NCBI GenBank assembly: GCA_963758525.1
Contig: CAVWVQ010000003.1
Span: 2,784,001 to 2,848,000 of the forward strand
Length of the DNA stretch: 64,000 nucleotides
Reading direction: 5' to 3'
DNA from: an uncultured Phycisphaerales bacterium
GTDB taxonomy: Bacteria; Planctomycetota; Phycisphaerae; Tepidisphaerales; Tepidisphaeraceae
In this document: one piece after another, positions 44,983 through 56,743 of the stretch
Numbering within the stretch: position 1 is the stretch's first letter
Layout: every line of letters begins with the position of its first letter
Position numbers and translations under genes: made by a program
Notes under the pieces: generated by a model
What the model saw: only the letters and a program-made list of their open reading frames with translations
Told to the model about the DNA's origin: nothing
Databases searched by the model: none

Positions 44983-45165
44983 GAAAAGATGGCGCCTCGC
45001 GCCAGCGGCGCAGCAGTGATTCTATTGCAGTCGATGGGCCCACAAGGAGATCAGTTCGGCTCGTTGTCGTGCTTCGAGCCGTACCCCCGGCAGATGGCCG
45101 AGGCGTTAGTCCCAATGGAAGAAGGCGGCGTGCCAAGTTATCTGCGGTGACGTAAAGATGCCACC

Positions 45166-45453
45166 ATGCTGACCCAGCTCATTCGAGAACGACGCGACGC
45201 GATCCTGGAGATCGCCCGCCGATATGGCGCTTCCGAAATACGCGTCTTCGGGTCGGTCGCGCGCGGCGATGCGACCGACTCTTCCGATCTCGATTTGATC
45301 GTACGCTTCGAGCCGGGTCGTTCCTTGTTGGATCATGGCGGCTTGGTCATGGACCTTCGAGAGCTTCTTGGCACGCGGGTCGATGTCATCGACGAAGAAG
45401 CTATGCGACCGCGATTTCGACAGCACGTTATGAAAGAAGCCATCCCATTGTGA
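45166..45453 (+). CDS. Minimal nucleotidyltransferase (MntA-like antitoxin)
   Basis: IRVFGSVARGDATDSSDLDLIV motif. Confidence 0.9.
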   Translation: MLTQLIRERRDAILEIARRYGASEIRVFGSVARGDATDSSDLDLIVRFEPGRSLLDHGGLVMDLRELLGTRVDVIDEEAMRPRFRQHVMKEAIPL

Positions 45454-45805
45454 GACCCGACAGGCTGCTCTTGCAGGACATCCTCGAATCGATCGCCGAA
45501 GTGCTCGACACACCACGCCTCAGACGCAAGCCGAGTTCGATGCGAACAAGCTGATCGGCACCTATCTCTTGCGGCACATCCAGATTATCGGCGAAGCAAG
45601 TTGGCGTCTTTCCCGAGCGACGAAGGAGCAGCATCCCCAAGTGCCGTGGAAGCAAATTGCCGGCATGAGGCACGTGCTTGTGCACGATTACTTCGAGGTC
45701 AATTGGAAACGCGTCTACGATACCGCCCGTGACCATGTGCCTGTCCTTAAACCGCAGATCGAAGCCATTCCCGCCTCGCTCCCACCGGATTCACAAGCTA
45801 TTTAA
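45450..45805 (+). CDS. HEPN/DUF86 ribonuclease (HepT-like toxin), one frameshift near 45515
   Basis: GTGA overlap; LLQDILESI, IIGEA, PQVPWKQIAGMRHVLVHDYF (RxxxxH). Confidence 0.85.
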
Positions 45806-45892
45806 ATTGCCGATTCACCTATCGCAGCATGGAACGTTTGCGATGGTTCTCGTCACAAGCCAAAGCGGGTAAAGTAATGATCGGAGTTTTTC

Positions 45893-47353
45893 ATGGACCG
45901 ATTGTTGGATCCAATTGAATTTCAGCAGCGTGTCAGCCGGCGTAGCTTTCTAGGCCGGGCGGGGCTCGGCTTGGGCGGTATCGCGCTGGCAAGTCTGCTC
46001 CGGCCCGCGCGGGCGATGGACCTGGCGCCTTCCGCGCCGGCCGCGGGCGGGCGCTGGATGGGCGCCGCGCGTCCGACCAATTTTCCGATCCGCGCCAAAC
46101 GCGTGATTCATCTCTGCATGGCCGGCGGTCCGAGCCAGTTTGAGAGCCTCGACAACAAGCCTCAGCTCGCGGCGATGCATGGCAAGCCGTTCCCGGAAAG
46201 CTTCACGCGCGGCCAGCAGCTTGCGCAATTGCAGGGGACGCCGCTGATCGCCCGCGGCTCATTCACCCGCTTCAACAGATATGGCTCCAGCGGCCAGGAG
46301 ATCTCCGACCTTTTTCCCCATATCTCGAAGATTGCCGACGACATTTGCATCATCCGCTCGATGACGACGGAGCAGATCAATCACGATCCCGCGCAGGCGT
46401 TCATGAACAGCGGCTCGATTCGCAAGGGTTATCCGAGCATGGGTTCGTGGCTGTTGTACGGGCTGGGCGCCGATACCGAGAGCCTGCCGGGGTTTGTGGT
46501 GTTCGTCTCGCAGGGAGGCGCCGGCGGCGCACAGCCGGTGTCGGCCCGGCAGTGGTCCAGCGGCTTTCTTCCGAGCCGGTTTCAGGGTGTGCAGTTTCAG
46601 TCCAAGGGGGACGCGGTGCATTACGTCGGCAGCCCGCCGGGCGTGTCGCCGGGAACGCAAAAGCAGGTGGTCGACGAGGTGAAGCGTCTGGATGGCATGC
46701 TGGATGCCGGGCGGTATGACCCGGAAATTCAGGCGCGGATCGCGCAGTATGAAATGGCGTTTCGCATGCAGACGAGCGTGCCGGAGCTGACCGATTTCGC
46801 GAGCGAGCCGGCAAATATGCTGGAGATGTACGGCGTGAAGCATCCCGGCGACGGGAGCTTCGCGTCCAATTGCCTGCTGGCGCGCCGGCTGGCCGAGCGC
46901 GGGGTGCGGTTCATTCAGCTCTATCATCGCGCCTGGGATCATCATGGCGACATCGAGAAGAACATGCCGATCGCAGCGCGGGAAACCGACCAGGCCAGTG
47001 CCGCGCTGGTGCAGGATCTCAAGCAGCGCGGCATGCTCGACGACACGCTGATCATCTGGGGCGGCGAGTTTGGACGAACTCCGATGGGCCAGGGGACCGG
47101 GCGCGATCATCACATTAATGCCTTCTCCCTCTGGATGGCCGGCGGCGGGGTGCGCGGCGGAATGACCTACGGCGGCACCGACGAGCTTGGCTACCGTGCC
47201 GTGGAAAATGTCGTCACCACACATGATTTTCACGCGACGCTTTTGCACCTTTGCGGGATTGATGCCGATCGGTTCAGCCGAAAGTTTCAGGGTTTGGATG
47301 CGCGGTTGATCGGCGTTGAACCGGCCAGCGTAGTGCGGGCGATTCTGGCGTGA
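45893..47353 (+). CDS. DUF1501 family Tat-exported protein
   Basis: SRRSFL Tat motif, AKRVIHLCMAGGPSQ, CLLARRLAERGVRF, WDHH, GGEFGRTP, GRDH. Confidence 0.95.
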   Translation: MDRLLDPIEFQQRVSRRSFLGRAGLGLGGIALASLLRPARAMDLAPSAPAAGGRWMGAARPTNFPIRAKRVIHLCMAGGPSQFESLDNKPQLAAMHGKPFPESFTRGQQLAQLQGTPLIARGSFTRFNRYGSSGQEISDLFPHISKIADDICIIRSMTTEQINHDPAQAFMNSGSIRKGYPSMGSWLLYGLGADTESLPGFVVFVSQGGAGGAQPVSARQWSSGFLPSRFQGVQFQSKGDAVHYVGSPPGVSPGTQKQVVDEVKRLDGMLDAGRYDPEIQARIAQYEMAFRMQTSVPELTDFASEPANMLEMYGVKHPGDGSFASNCLLARRLAERGVRFIQLYHRAWDHHGDIEKNMPIAARETDQASAALVQDLKQRGMLDDTLIIWGGEFGRTPMGQGTGRDHHINAFSLWMAGGGVRGGMTYGGTDELGYRAVENVVTTHDFHATLLHLCGIDADRFSRKFQGLDARLIGVEPASVVRAILA

Positions 47354-47355
47354 AA

Positions 47356-48321
47356 TCAAGGCAACGTGAACCCAGCCTGCTTCACGAAATCGGGATCGAG
47401 CTTGTAGGGAATCGTGTTGGTGAGCGGGAGCACTTCGACGGGGGCGCGAATGCAGAACAATTGTGCGGCGGCGGGAGGGCCGACGATTAAATCGACCCAG
47501 TCGCTGCTGTCGGGAAGCAGGGCGAGACATGAGACGCTTTGCGAAAGCTGGAGTCGCATGAAGCGAATCCAGAGATCGGCTGATTGAGCCTGCGATGCCG
47601 GGCCGCGGGGGACGCGAATGGCCTGGGGGCGCAGCGAGATGCTCCTGGTGGTCGACGATGGCTTGGCGTCGCGATAGGCGCCCATCTCGCGCTCCATGTG
47701 GTAGAGGATGCGGAGGATGCCCTCGTGGCCGGGGCCGAGCTCGGGCACGCGGTTGAATACCGCGCGTGCATCCGCCTCGGCGACGGTTTCGTTTCCGTCG
47801 GGCGCCGGGTCGGGCGCGAGGATGCGCTGCCGAAGCTGGGTGCGCGCCTTGTCCATGGCTGTCTGAACATCTTCGGGGGAATCAATCGCGGCAAGCTGGG
47901 TCTGCAATTCCCGCGCTTCGGCGAAGCAAGTTTCTGCAACGCGCAGGCCGCCCAACCCGCTGCACTCGGCGGCCACGATCATCGGGTAGGCGTCGCGACC
48001 CTTCCCATCGCTGGACTGCCATAATCTCCCGGCAATCAGCACCGTCGGCGTTCGCCAGAGGAATGCATGGCCGAATGGGATGGGCGGATGTTCTTCCTTC
48101 CTGAGCTTGTCCCAGGCTCCGTTTTCGATATTTCCGCGAATGCCGCCGTAGAGAAGCTGCTTGAATTCGATGAGAGCGTTAGTCTCGAGCCCGAGATGAT
48201 CGGGCATGTGATCGTCCCATGCCGGGTGCTTGCCAAACGCCGCGAGAAAAACCTGCGGCGGTTGAACGGGCGCGGGAGCCGCCAGTTTGGAGACGAAGCG
48301 GCGCAGGAACGATTCGGCCAT
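47356..48321 (-). CDS. T6SS-associated TagF/ImpM-like protein
   Basis: AAFGKHPAWDD and GRLWQSSDGKGRDAYP resemble the TagF FGK.P..GDF and S.D..GR.YP motifs; directly downstream of tssM. Confidence 0.65.
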   Translation of the reverse strand: MAESFLRRFVSKLAAPAPVQPPQVFLAAFGKHPAWDDHMPDHLGLETNALIEFKQLLYGGIRGNIENGAWDKLRKEEHPPIPFGHAFLWRTPTVLIAGRLWQSSDGKGRDAYPMIVAAECSGLGGLRVAETCFAEARELQTQLAAIDSPEDVQTAMDKARTQLRQRILAPDPAPDGNETVAEADARAVFNRVPELGPGHEGILRILYHMEREMGAYRDAKPSSTTRSISLRPQAIRVPRGPASQAQSADLWIRFMRLQLSQSVSCLALLPDSSDWVDLIVGPPAAAQLFCIRAPVEVLPLTNTIPYKLDPDFVKQAGFTLP

Positions 48322-48333
48322 GACAACTCCGCG

Positions 48334-51300
48334 TCAGTTCGAACTCAGGTCACCCAGGGCGTGCCACGCGGCGATGGGGGGCAGCCCACGATCGAACTCC
48401 AACTGAAACCAGGTTGAAAAGACGTGCTGCTGCTTGGAAATCTGCAGCTCGATGCACCATCGCTTGCCGTCCTCGCTGACCCGCCGCCCATTTTTGGTGA
48501 CGAGCAGTTGCAGAAGCTGCCAGTTTTTCATCGGCGTTTCCTGCACGCCATCGGGAACCACGACGTCGGGATTGTTGGCCGAAGGGATCACGAAGAAACT
48601 GAACGTGACCTTGTTGCCCGGGAACAGCACCTGGCCCATCTCGCGGGCGGTCAGCTCGGCGGGGTCGTTGCGGCTTTTGTCCTGCTGAATGGTGATTCGG
48701 CTGGAAATTCCGCCTTCCTGGTCCAACTGCACGTCGCTCCATTGCGATGAGGCGTCGAGCACGCCGGCGCTGGGGAAATGCGTGCGCAGCCATTGCTGGC
48801 AGAACCCGCCCCACTGGCGGGAATCGATGGGGGAGAACGGGATGGAAATCTTGCACGAGTATGGCTGGTTTTCGCTGGGAGGCAGCGCATCGACGAACTG
48901 CTTGAGATCGCTCAGGCGGGCCAGTTGCGGGGCGGTGAGGGCGCCGCTGGAGATGCGATCGAGATCGGCATTGATCGCGTCCAGGTTGTTCAACCGGCCC
49001 CCGCTGCCGATATCGACATCTTCCCCGGCCCCTTTGCCGGCAACGGGAGTGGGGATCGAGGCGAGCACGGCGCGCAGTTGATTCAGCTCATTGAAGGTGA
49101 GCAGCCCGACGTTGGGATCGTACGTGGCGAGCGGGAATTTCTTGTATTTCGCAAGCCCGCGGCGCATCTCGCGCCCCGCCGACTCGGCGGAATCCGCCAG
49201 CAGATGCAGCATGCCGGTCGAGAGATCGTTCCAGTATGCCGTCACGAAATCGACGTCGGAGGCGGCGGCGTTCTGCGGAGGGAGAACCAGGTAAAATACA
49301 AATTTGGTCGGCTTGAGCGCCAGCAGCTTGGTGCGGGCCAGTGCCGGGTCCGCGCCCAACGAGCGCCAGCTTGCCAAAGCGACGTCAAACTCGTTCTCCG
49401 GCGGGGCGTTGTGCTGCAGCGCGGTGCGTGCCCCCGCAATCTGCGTCCGGATCTGCTTGATATCCGGATTCTCATCGGGGTGCGCGATGAACGGCACGAT
49501 TTTGTTGGACGCCTGCTCGATCTTGTCGGCGAATTCGCCCAGCGGCTTATTAATCTGCGAGGCCCGCGCGGGCAGGCCCCCTTTGCCCTGCGCGTCGGCC
49601 CACGTATTGATGCCGGCATGCGCCAGATCGAGCTTGGGCATCTCCACCTTGGACCAGTAGCCCAGATAAAGATGCGCGTAGGCATCCAGCGCCGACTGAA
49701 GCCTGGCGCGGCGATCGGAGAGGTCGTCGGTGTCGAGCACTAATTCGGTCTTCGATCCGACGTCGACGTGCTGAATCTGCCGTTGCGCCGCCTGCAGGAT
49801 ATCGGAAGCGGCGACGGGATTGAATCCTGGCTCGGTGGGCATGGGATTGCTGTTTGAAGTGAGGGGAAGGGGAGGCAGGGTGTACGGCTCGGCGGCGCGC
49901 TGGGCAACCAGATCGCGAACTTCCTCGCCCGAGCCGGGCGTTCCCTGCAGAAGCAGCATCGCCGATTGATAGCGCTCGACAGGGTCGGCCATTCGATTCA
50001 TGAGGATGGCGCTGTTTGTCCGCAAATCATTGCAAATAGGCTGGGGGGGCATGAGCCGTTCGGCATCCTCCACTTCAGCATGCGCTGATTGAAGACGCTG
50101 CGCCTCATCGACGGGAACGGCGTCGATCCATGCCGCGGCTGAAGGCTGCGTTTGCGCATTGGCCGCCGTCGCGTCCAAAAGCCGAGCGTTCAGTTTCGCG
50201 TAGACATCCGCCACGCCTTTGTAGATCGGCACGGGCGTGCCGTCGGCGGAGGTGTAGGAACTGAGAATGCCGCTGTCCATGTCCTTCAACTCATTCTGCA
50301 GCGGGACGTTGACGGCCACGCCGGATGCAACGGATGCAGCGCCGTCTTCGAGCATTTTGCGCTGACGGTAGATGGTCTCGCATTTGGGATCCTGCTCCGC
50401 CTCGGGCTTGAGCTTGGGGAGTTCTGCCAGCAGCGCGGCAAAAGCGCTCGACCCATCCGACTGGACGCGGGCAAGTTCCGCGGCGTAGGTATCCGCCAGG
50501 GGCGTCGTCCCGTCCCATCCCATCGCGGCGAGCTGCGCTTCCATGGCGCGCTCGGCGTTGGCGTGCCGCGCCCATGCGGATTGCCACATGGCGCGATCAT
50601 CGTTGTAGTCTTTCGTCGCCGTCGGCGGCTTGTGCTCGATCGCCTGGCAGACCTGCTTGAGCTCATCGAACGATCGCTTGAGATTGGCAACGGAGTTGCG
50701 GGTTTTGATCAGCGAAGTCAGACGGGGATTGCTGCCGTTGATCTGCGCGGTCCAGTAGTCGACAAACCTGGAAATGCCAGCGTCAGGAGTAACCGTGGTG
50801 ATGTCCGACTGCGGCGGCCACATGCTCTTTTGTTTTTGCAGCCAGGTCAGACTTTGCTGCAACGGAAGCAGCGCCTTTTCCTTCCGCAGCTTCTCGTAAT
50901 CCGAGGGGAGCACGTATTGCACAATCGGCAAAAGATCCAGTTCCTGGGGCGCCGACGACTTGCTCAAGAGCGATGCTCCGGCGGCCAGCGCGCTGCTCGC
51001 GGAGGGCTGGGAAGCCGAGAGCGCACCGTCGATGGCGCCGGTGAGCGACAGCCCATCGGACAGGAACGGTGCGACCGCGTTTTTGTTGGCGGCGGCTTCA
51101 AACCGCAGCGACTGCGTGAGCGCGTGGGCCGCGGCGGGGGGCCATTCCCCCGACTTTTCGGCGCCCAGCTTGGTGTTGGCGGCATCCAGAATCGGCCGCA
51201 ACACCTGCGAGATGTAGAGAATTCCCCAATCCTCCTCCCGTCGATCGGCCAGCGTATGACTGCGATCCACGAGCCACGAGGCGGGCCGCAGCGCCCAGGG

Positions 51301-52912
51301 AACGCTGATCGGTTCCTGCACGTGTTGCCAGGCCACGTTGTAAAACTGGCCGATCGTTGAAGGATCGTCCCCGACGATCAACGGGTCATCGAATCTGCTG
51401 CGAAACCGCGCCTTGGGATCCGGGATTGGAGCGATAAGGCTGAGATTCACATCCGGGCGCGACACGACCTCGCTGACGGCTTGCCAATAGTCGTTTTGCC
51501 CGCGGATGCCGCGATTCAGATCCTGCGCACGAACCAGGTGACGGCGCACAGCGCGATCGCCGCGGCAAACCCGGCGCCCAGCAGCGCCATCGTGCGCCGG
51601 CGCTGCGCCTTTTTGGTATCCGACGAGCGGGTTACCAGTCCGCGCTCCGGGAATACCTTCTTGAGAAAGATGTCCCTCAGAAAAAACGAACGATCCTGCT
51701 CCCAGCTTCGCCCCTCGGGAAGAGAATCCACCGGCACGTGCAGCAGCGAAGCCAACTGCGCATCGAGCGCGCCGTCCTTGGTCATCGAGCTGGTGAAATA
51801 GATGCCGCGAAGAAACAGCGGCTGCGCCCATCCGCTCTGCACAAAGACGGTTTCGAGATACCGGCGCAAGCGGGGCCCGATCTGCAGCAGGCTGTCGGGA
51901 AGGGCGAAGAGGTCGTCCACTTCATCAATCCGCCGGCCGTCGGCACTCTCCACCGGCACCGGATCAAGCAGCAGCCCGAAGCGCCGTTCGAGCAGACGTT
52001 TGCGAACGTCGCGCAGATGCTGGTCAACCAGCTCAGGATTGAACGGCGTGTCGAGCGGGGTGGGGTTGGACCAGCCGAGAACCTGGTGCTGCGCCTGCGG
52101 ATCGCGCAATCCATCGAAGAACGGGCGAAAGCCGTTAATCTTGTCGCACTTGGTGATGACGATGTAAACCGGAAAGCGGACGTTGAGCGTGACCTGGATG
52201 CGATTGAGTTGCTGGGCGATGACGCTGGCCTTTTTCTCGATCTCGTCGGAGGTGTCCTTGATCAGGCTGTCCGCGGGAATCACCAGCAGCAGCCCGTTGA
52301 TCGGACAGTCGTAGCGCTGCTTGACGAGCAGTTCGAGAAATTCCACCCATTCACTGGATGCGCCAGCCTGCACCTCGTCAAACAAATAGCGGCCGGCGGT
52401 GTCGAGGATCACGGCCTCGTTGGAGAACCACCAGTTCATGTTGACCGTGCCGCCGGTTCCCTGAAACATGTCCTGCAAGCCGGGAGGAAACGGCAGGCTG
52501 GATCGGCGGATTGCCTCGGTTTTTCCCGAACCGGCTTCGCCGATCAGCAGATACCAGGGAAGGGTGTAGAGATCTTTCCCGGCGGCGCGAAGCTTGGTGA
52601 TTCCGGATTCAAAATTCTTGCGGAGGTCATCGAGTTGGGCGCGGCGAGCCGCCTCGGTGATCGATTGGGGAGTGGTGCCTGCCGCTCCGGCAATGGTCTG
52701 GGTGAAGGGGCTGGCCTTGGCGCCGCAAGCCACTTGAGGATCAGGCTGAAAATGAGCAGCAGAACAAAGAGAACGACGATGCCGGCCAGGATGATGAGAA
52801 TGACTTCTTTCTTGAAGCCGAAGATCGACGCCGCGCCGACGACTCCGCCGCCGCCCACGACGGCAGCGCCCATCTTCACCGTCCCTGAGCCATCCGATCC
52901 CGCCGTTGCCAT
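48334..52912 (-). CDS. tssM: T6SS membrane complex protein TssM/IcmF, frameshifts near 52730 and 51520
   Basis: N-terminal TMs (52544-52912); [15 protein letters not shown]alker [40 protein letters not shown]; long divergent periplasmic region. Confidence 0.85.
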
Positions 52913-52938
52913 AACCCTTCCTTTGCAATCGAAACGTT

Positions 52939-53691
52939 CTACTGCGCCGCCGCCGGCGGTGCGTCCGCCGGGGCCGGCACATCACTGGCAGTCAGACGAG
53001 AATGGATATCATTCAGCGGCTTGGCCAACTGCGTTGAGGAATCGACATAGAGATAGACGTTTGCCACCAGCAGGGCAATGACCAGCACCGCCAGCGCAAT
53101 GCCAATGCCCACCAGGCTCGAGCCGATCCGCTTGAAGAGAATCCGCGTGTCGGCAATGTACGCTTCGGGGCAGATGCGCGACGTTTCGTCCGCCTTGATC
53201 ATGCCCCGAAGCCGGGCGGCGCACTCGAGCATCTTCTTCCGGAGAATCTCCGGCTGCCCGGTATACAGCCCGGTGAAACCAAGCCCGATGCACGTGTAAA
53301 AAACTGCGATCCGCTCGGTGGCGGCTTCGCTTCGATCCTTGAGCGTTACGTCCAGCACCTCAAAAAACTTTTCGTCGCCCGCCCGCTCGCGCTCTTCCTC
53401 TTCGGCCAGATCCATCCACGCATGAGCAAATGAAAGGCTGCTGCTGCGCACCATAAAATCGACGAAACAGAGGAGGATCAGATAGATCTGCCCTCGATCG
53501 GAAGAGAGATGCGCCGTCAGTTGCGGATCGTTCTGGCTCTTGGCCTTGATCTCGCCGAGCAGCGATTTGATCTCGGAACGAACGTGCGATTCGTCGAGAT
53601 CGCCCCCTTTGCGAGCCGAGCGATTCAACTGGCACACGTACTGGAAGAGCGGCTCACAAACGTCCAGCAGATCCGATTGCTGCAACTTCAT
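52939..53691 (-). CDS. tssL: T6SS TssL/DotU
   Basis: CFVDF...W...AGDEKFFE.L...[14 protein letters not shown]-terminal TM, no OmpA domain. Confidence 0.85.
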   Translation of the reverse strand: MKLQQSDLLDVCEPLFQYVCQLNRSARKGGDLDESHVRSEIKSLLGEIKAKSQNDPQLTAHLSSDRGQIYLILLCFVDFMVRSSSLSFAHAWMDLAEEEERERAGDEKFFEVLDVTLKDRSEAATERIAVFYTCIGLGFTGLYTGQPEILRKKMLECAARLRGMIKADETSRICPEAYIADTRILFKRIGSSLVGIGIALAVLVIALLVANVYLYVDSSTQLAKPLNDIHSRLTASDVPAPADAPPAAAQ

Positions 53692-55057
53692 CGCGTCGCC
53701 TCCTCAATGGTGGGAAGCGTCATGTAGAGCGCGATCTGATAGTCCGATGTGTCCATCCCGCTCCAATGAATGTGCAGCTCCTTGTCCGCCTTGGCGAAAT
53801 CCCACATCACTTTACTCTCCGGCCGCAGCACGCGGAAATAGAGAACGCCGCGCTCCAGCACCTGCGGCGGCTGGCGCTCTTCCCGGAGCAGAATCCCGCG
53901 GACGCGCATATGGCTGCGCAACTTGGGCATGAACTTGAACTTGTCTGGATTCTCCACGAGCGGCACCACGGCGCGGCCGTCTTCGCTGGTTTTGATGCCA
54001 ATGAAATAGTCGCTGGGCCGCGTGATGTGATCGGCTGAGAGCGCCGCGGTCAGCACCGCGCCGCGCGCGTAAACGGAACCTTCGCAAACGTCTCATGCTC
54101 GACGTCACGCAGGTACGGGCGGATGCGGTCGTTGAGCTCATTGAACGCGATGGCTGGATTGTCGTGGTCGTAGTTGGCGACTTCAAACTCATCGCGTTCG
54201 GGCTGCAGTGCCGCCAGCTCGCCCAGCAGCTCGCGAAGTTCGAGATACACCTCGAACGGGGTGATCGCGGGCGCCTCGGCCAGGTGCGGAAGCCGGGCCG
54301 CGAAGCGATTGAGCGTGCGCAGCCGCAGCACCTGCCCGAATTGCGGCGCGCGCAGCGCGTCGAGCTTGAATCCGCCGCGCACGATTTCGGCGGCGAGCTT
54401 CTTACGGCTCGCCGACACCTGATTGGCGAGGTTGCGAACGATGTCGATCATCGCCACCGACCCCTGCAGAACCAGGCAGGGAGGAATGAACAAGCTGTCG
54501 GGCGAGGGAAGCCCCGCGTCCTGTCCGGTGGCATGGACGATGCGAATCAATGGGAGCACTTCCATGTCGCCGCGATCGTCCTCATCGAGGAGCAGGCGGG
54601 CGTTGAGCCGTCGCACCGAAATCGGCTGGGGGTTCTCGCCGGTGTTTTCATCCGCCTGGTTGATTTCCTTGACCTGATACAGGCGCTTGGCTCGAGAGCC
54701 GTCGGTGCTGCTGTTTTGAATCGTGTTGCCGCGCGTGGGGTACCAGATGGGGACCGCCAGCGAGATGGTGAACGGCTGCCCCGCGACAAACGCCTGTTTG
54801 ATGTCGAGGGGCGGGAGGTCCGCATTTTCGGGGAAGTTCAGGGCCAGCCCGCTGGGCAGGATGGCTCGGAGACGATCGAACTTGATCGTGTGATTCTGCA
54901 GCGCGTCCTGGGAGAGCTTGGCCTCGATCAATCCATAGGGGAATGACCAGCCGAGCCGCCGGGATTCGACAACGCCGTCCAGCAGGCTGCGCTGCATCAC
55001 CTGCAGATGATGCGGCTGCAAAAACAGCCCTTCCGACCAATGAACCTGCTCACCCAT
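53688..55057 (-). CDS. tssK: T6SS baseplate protein TssK, one frameshift near 54060
   Basis: VHWSEGLFLQPHHLQ, DENTGEN, FIPPCL, YDHDN; C-terminal part in 53688-54056. Confidence 0.9.
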
Positions 55058-55112
55058 TGCGACCTCTGATGCTCTGTGACTAAAGAGCGATTCGTACAAC
55101 TCCGGCAGTCCG

Positions 55113-56015
55113 CTACCGGCGGATCAATTCCTCTACAAATGTCGCGATCGCGCGCTGGATTTCGTCGTTGACCGTCGCCGTGTCCCGGGCACTGGCCAAT
55201 TCCACGTACTTTCGCCAGCACTTCACTTCTGTCCCGAAGACTCCGCCGCCGACGAGCAGCTTGATCTCATCCGGCGAACACGAATTGAAAAACTGCGTCG
55301 CGAAGCGTCCCGCCTGCGGGATGGCCGTCACCAGGGCGGCGATCAACGCGCGATCCTTGGCAATGTCCTGCGACACCTGCCCCAGCGACATCTCCTCGTC
55401 GCCGGCCAGGAATCGGCGAATGTCCTTCTGCGTGTTCATCGGCCGCTTGATTGGCGTATTCGGCGCGGCGACGCTCCTCCAGGCCGTCCAGACGGCGCTT
55501 TCGATGCTGAGCAAAAACTCCGTCAGCATCGCGATCAAATGCAGCGCCCGGCGCGGGTCGATCGACTCCTGCGGAGTCATCTGCAGCTTCTTGCACAGCT
55601 CGGCCAGCGGTTCGGCCGGCCATTGCATCGCGTTCTGGTCCACCGCGATTCCCGACTCCTGCTGAAATTTCGCGACCACCGCCCGCTTGGAACTCTCCGG
55701 CAGCGTCTTGCACACCTGAATCAGCCGGGTGAGCAGATAGGCCGGATCGTTCATCTCCCGCTTGGAAAATTGCTCCTTCGGCTCCCCCTGCGCCGGAGGC
55801 GCGGCGGCATCCCACGTCGGGAACCGGCCTTGCAGGTCTTCCAGGAACTGCGATCGCTCGCTGGGAACGATGTCCGCCAGCGCGCGGCGAACCTCCTCGG
55901 AAAGATAATCGCGCCGGACGTCTTCTTTTTCGTCGGCAAAGTCGATCTGAGCCAGCCGCAGCCGGTTGGCGACCGCCGCCACCCGATCTGCCCTCGCCGC
56001 GTCGTTGCCTGCCAT
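55113..56015 (-). CDS. T6SS-associated protein resembling the TagH/Fha C-terminal domain, with no FHA domain
   Basis: ATG at 56015 with AAGGAG RBS. C-terminal SPDEI...KCWRKYVEL recalls the TagH F.P..I...K.W..Y motif. First gene of the tssKLM operon. Confidence 0.5.
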   Translation of the reverse strand: MAGNDAARADRVAAVANRLRLAQIDFADEKEDVRRDYLSEEVRRALADIVPSERSQFLEDLQGRFPTWDAAAPPAQGEPKEQFSKREMNDPAYLLTRLIQVCKTLPESSKRAVVAKFQQESGIAVDQNAMQWPAEPLAELCKKLQMTPQESIDPRRALHLIAMLTEFLLSIESAVWTAWRSVAAPNTPIKRPMNTQKDIRRFLAGDEEMSLGQVSQDIAKDRALIAALVTAIPQAGRFATQFFNSCSPDEIKLLVGGGVFGTEVKCWRKYVELASARDTATVNDEIQRAIATFVEELIRR

Positions 56016-56743
56016 CTCAAACTCCTTGAACCGCACGCGGTTACGCACTGTTTCACAGCGCCGGCAGATGGTACCAAGCTTCTTGGATCATTCGCAAGAA
56101 ATTCCTGAGCCAGGACTTGCCGTCATTGCCGTCACCCTGGCCCAAGAGACCCGCGCGCCACGCTGCGGAAGCGAGAAAAGGGGTTGCGCGCCGCCATCCG
56201 CGGGAGGTCCATCAATTCGGCCCAACATTCAATCCGCCGCTTCGGGCGCGATTTCCCGGAGCGTCAGTTTATCAATCTTTACATAATTTGACGTTCCCCG
56301 GGGAGGGGTGACAAGATGCTGCAAGACACTTATCCCTTCCGCTCCGCCCGACGACCGCCACGCGTGCGAATCTCCCAAAGCCGGCGGACCCTCCGTCGGA
56401 ATTGATCTGCACATGGCGCCGCCCGATGCTTCTGGCTCCTGACTTCTTGCTTCTGACTCCTTTCCCAGTCCACAGCTTGATATGTTTTAAGCGAGCAAGG
56501 AACAGTTCCCTTCGTGCGGCAGTTTACCCGCCGCGGCGGGTGCCTCTCCCCACCCGTCCCTCGCTCATGCGACATCGCGCGACAGATTTTGCAGCGCCGC
56601 ATGTCGCATCGGGCACGCAACTCATTGCCATGCCTTGGGATGCTCTCCAGCCTGGCGCGACACCGCGCGCAACAGTTGCGCGCCGTTTGCTAAAAACGCG
56701 GCATCCGGCACGCTCGCCGTGTACGACGCGCCTCCTTCGCCGC

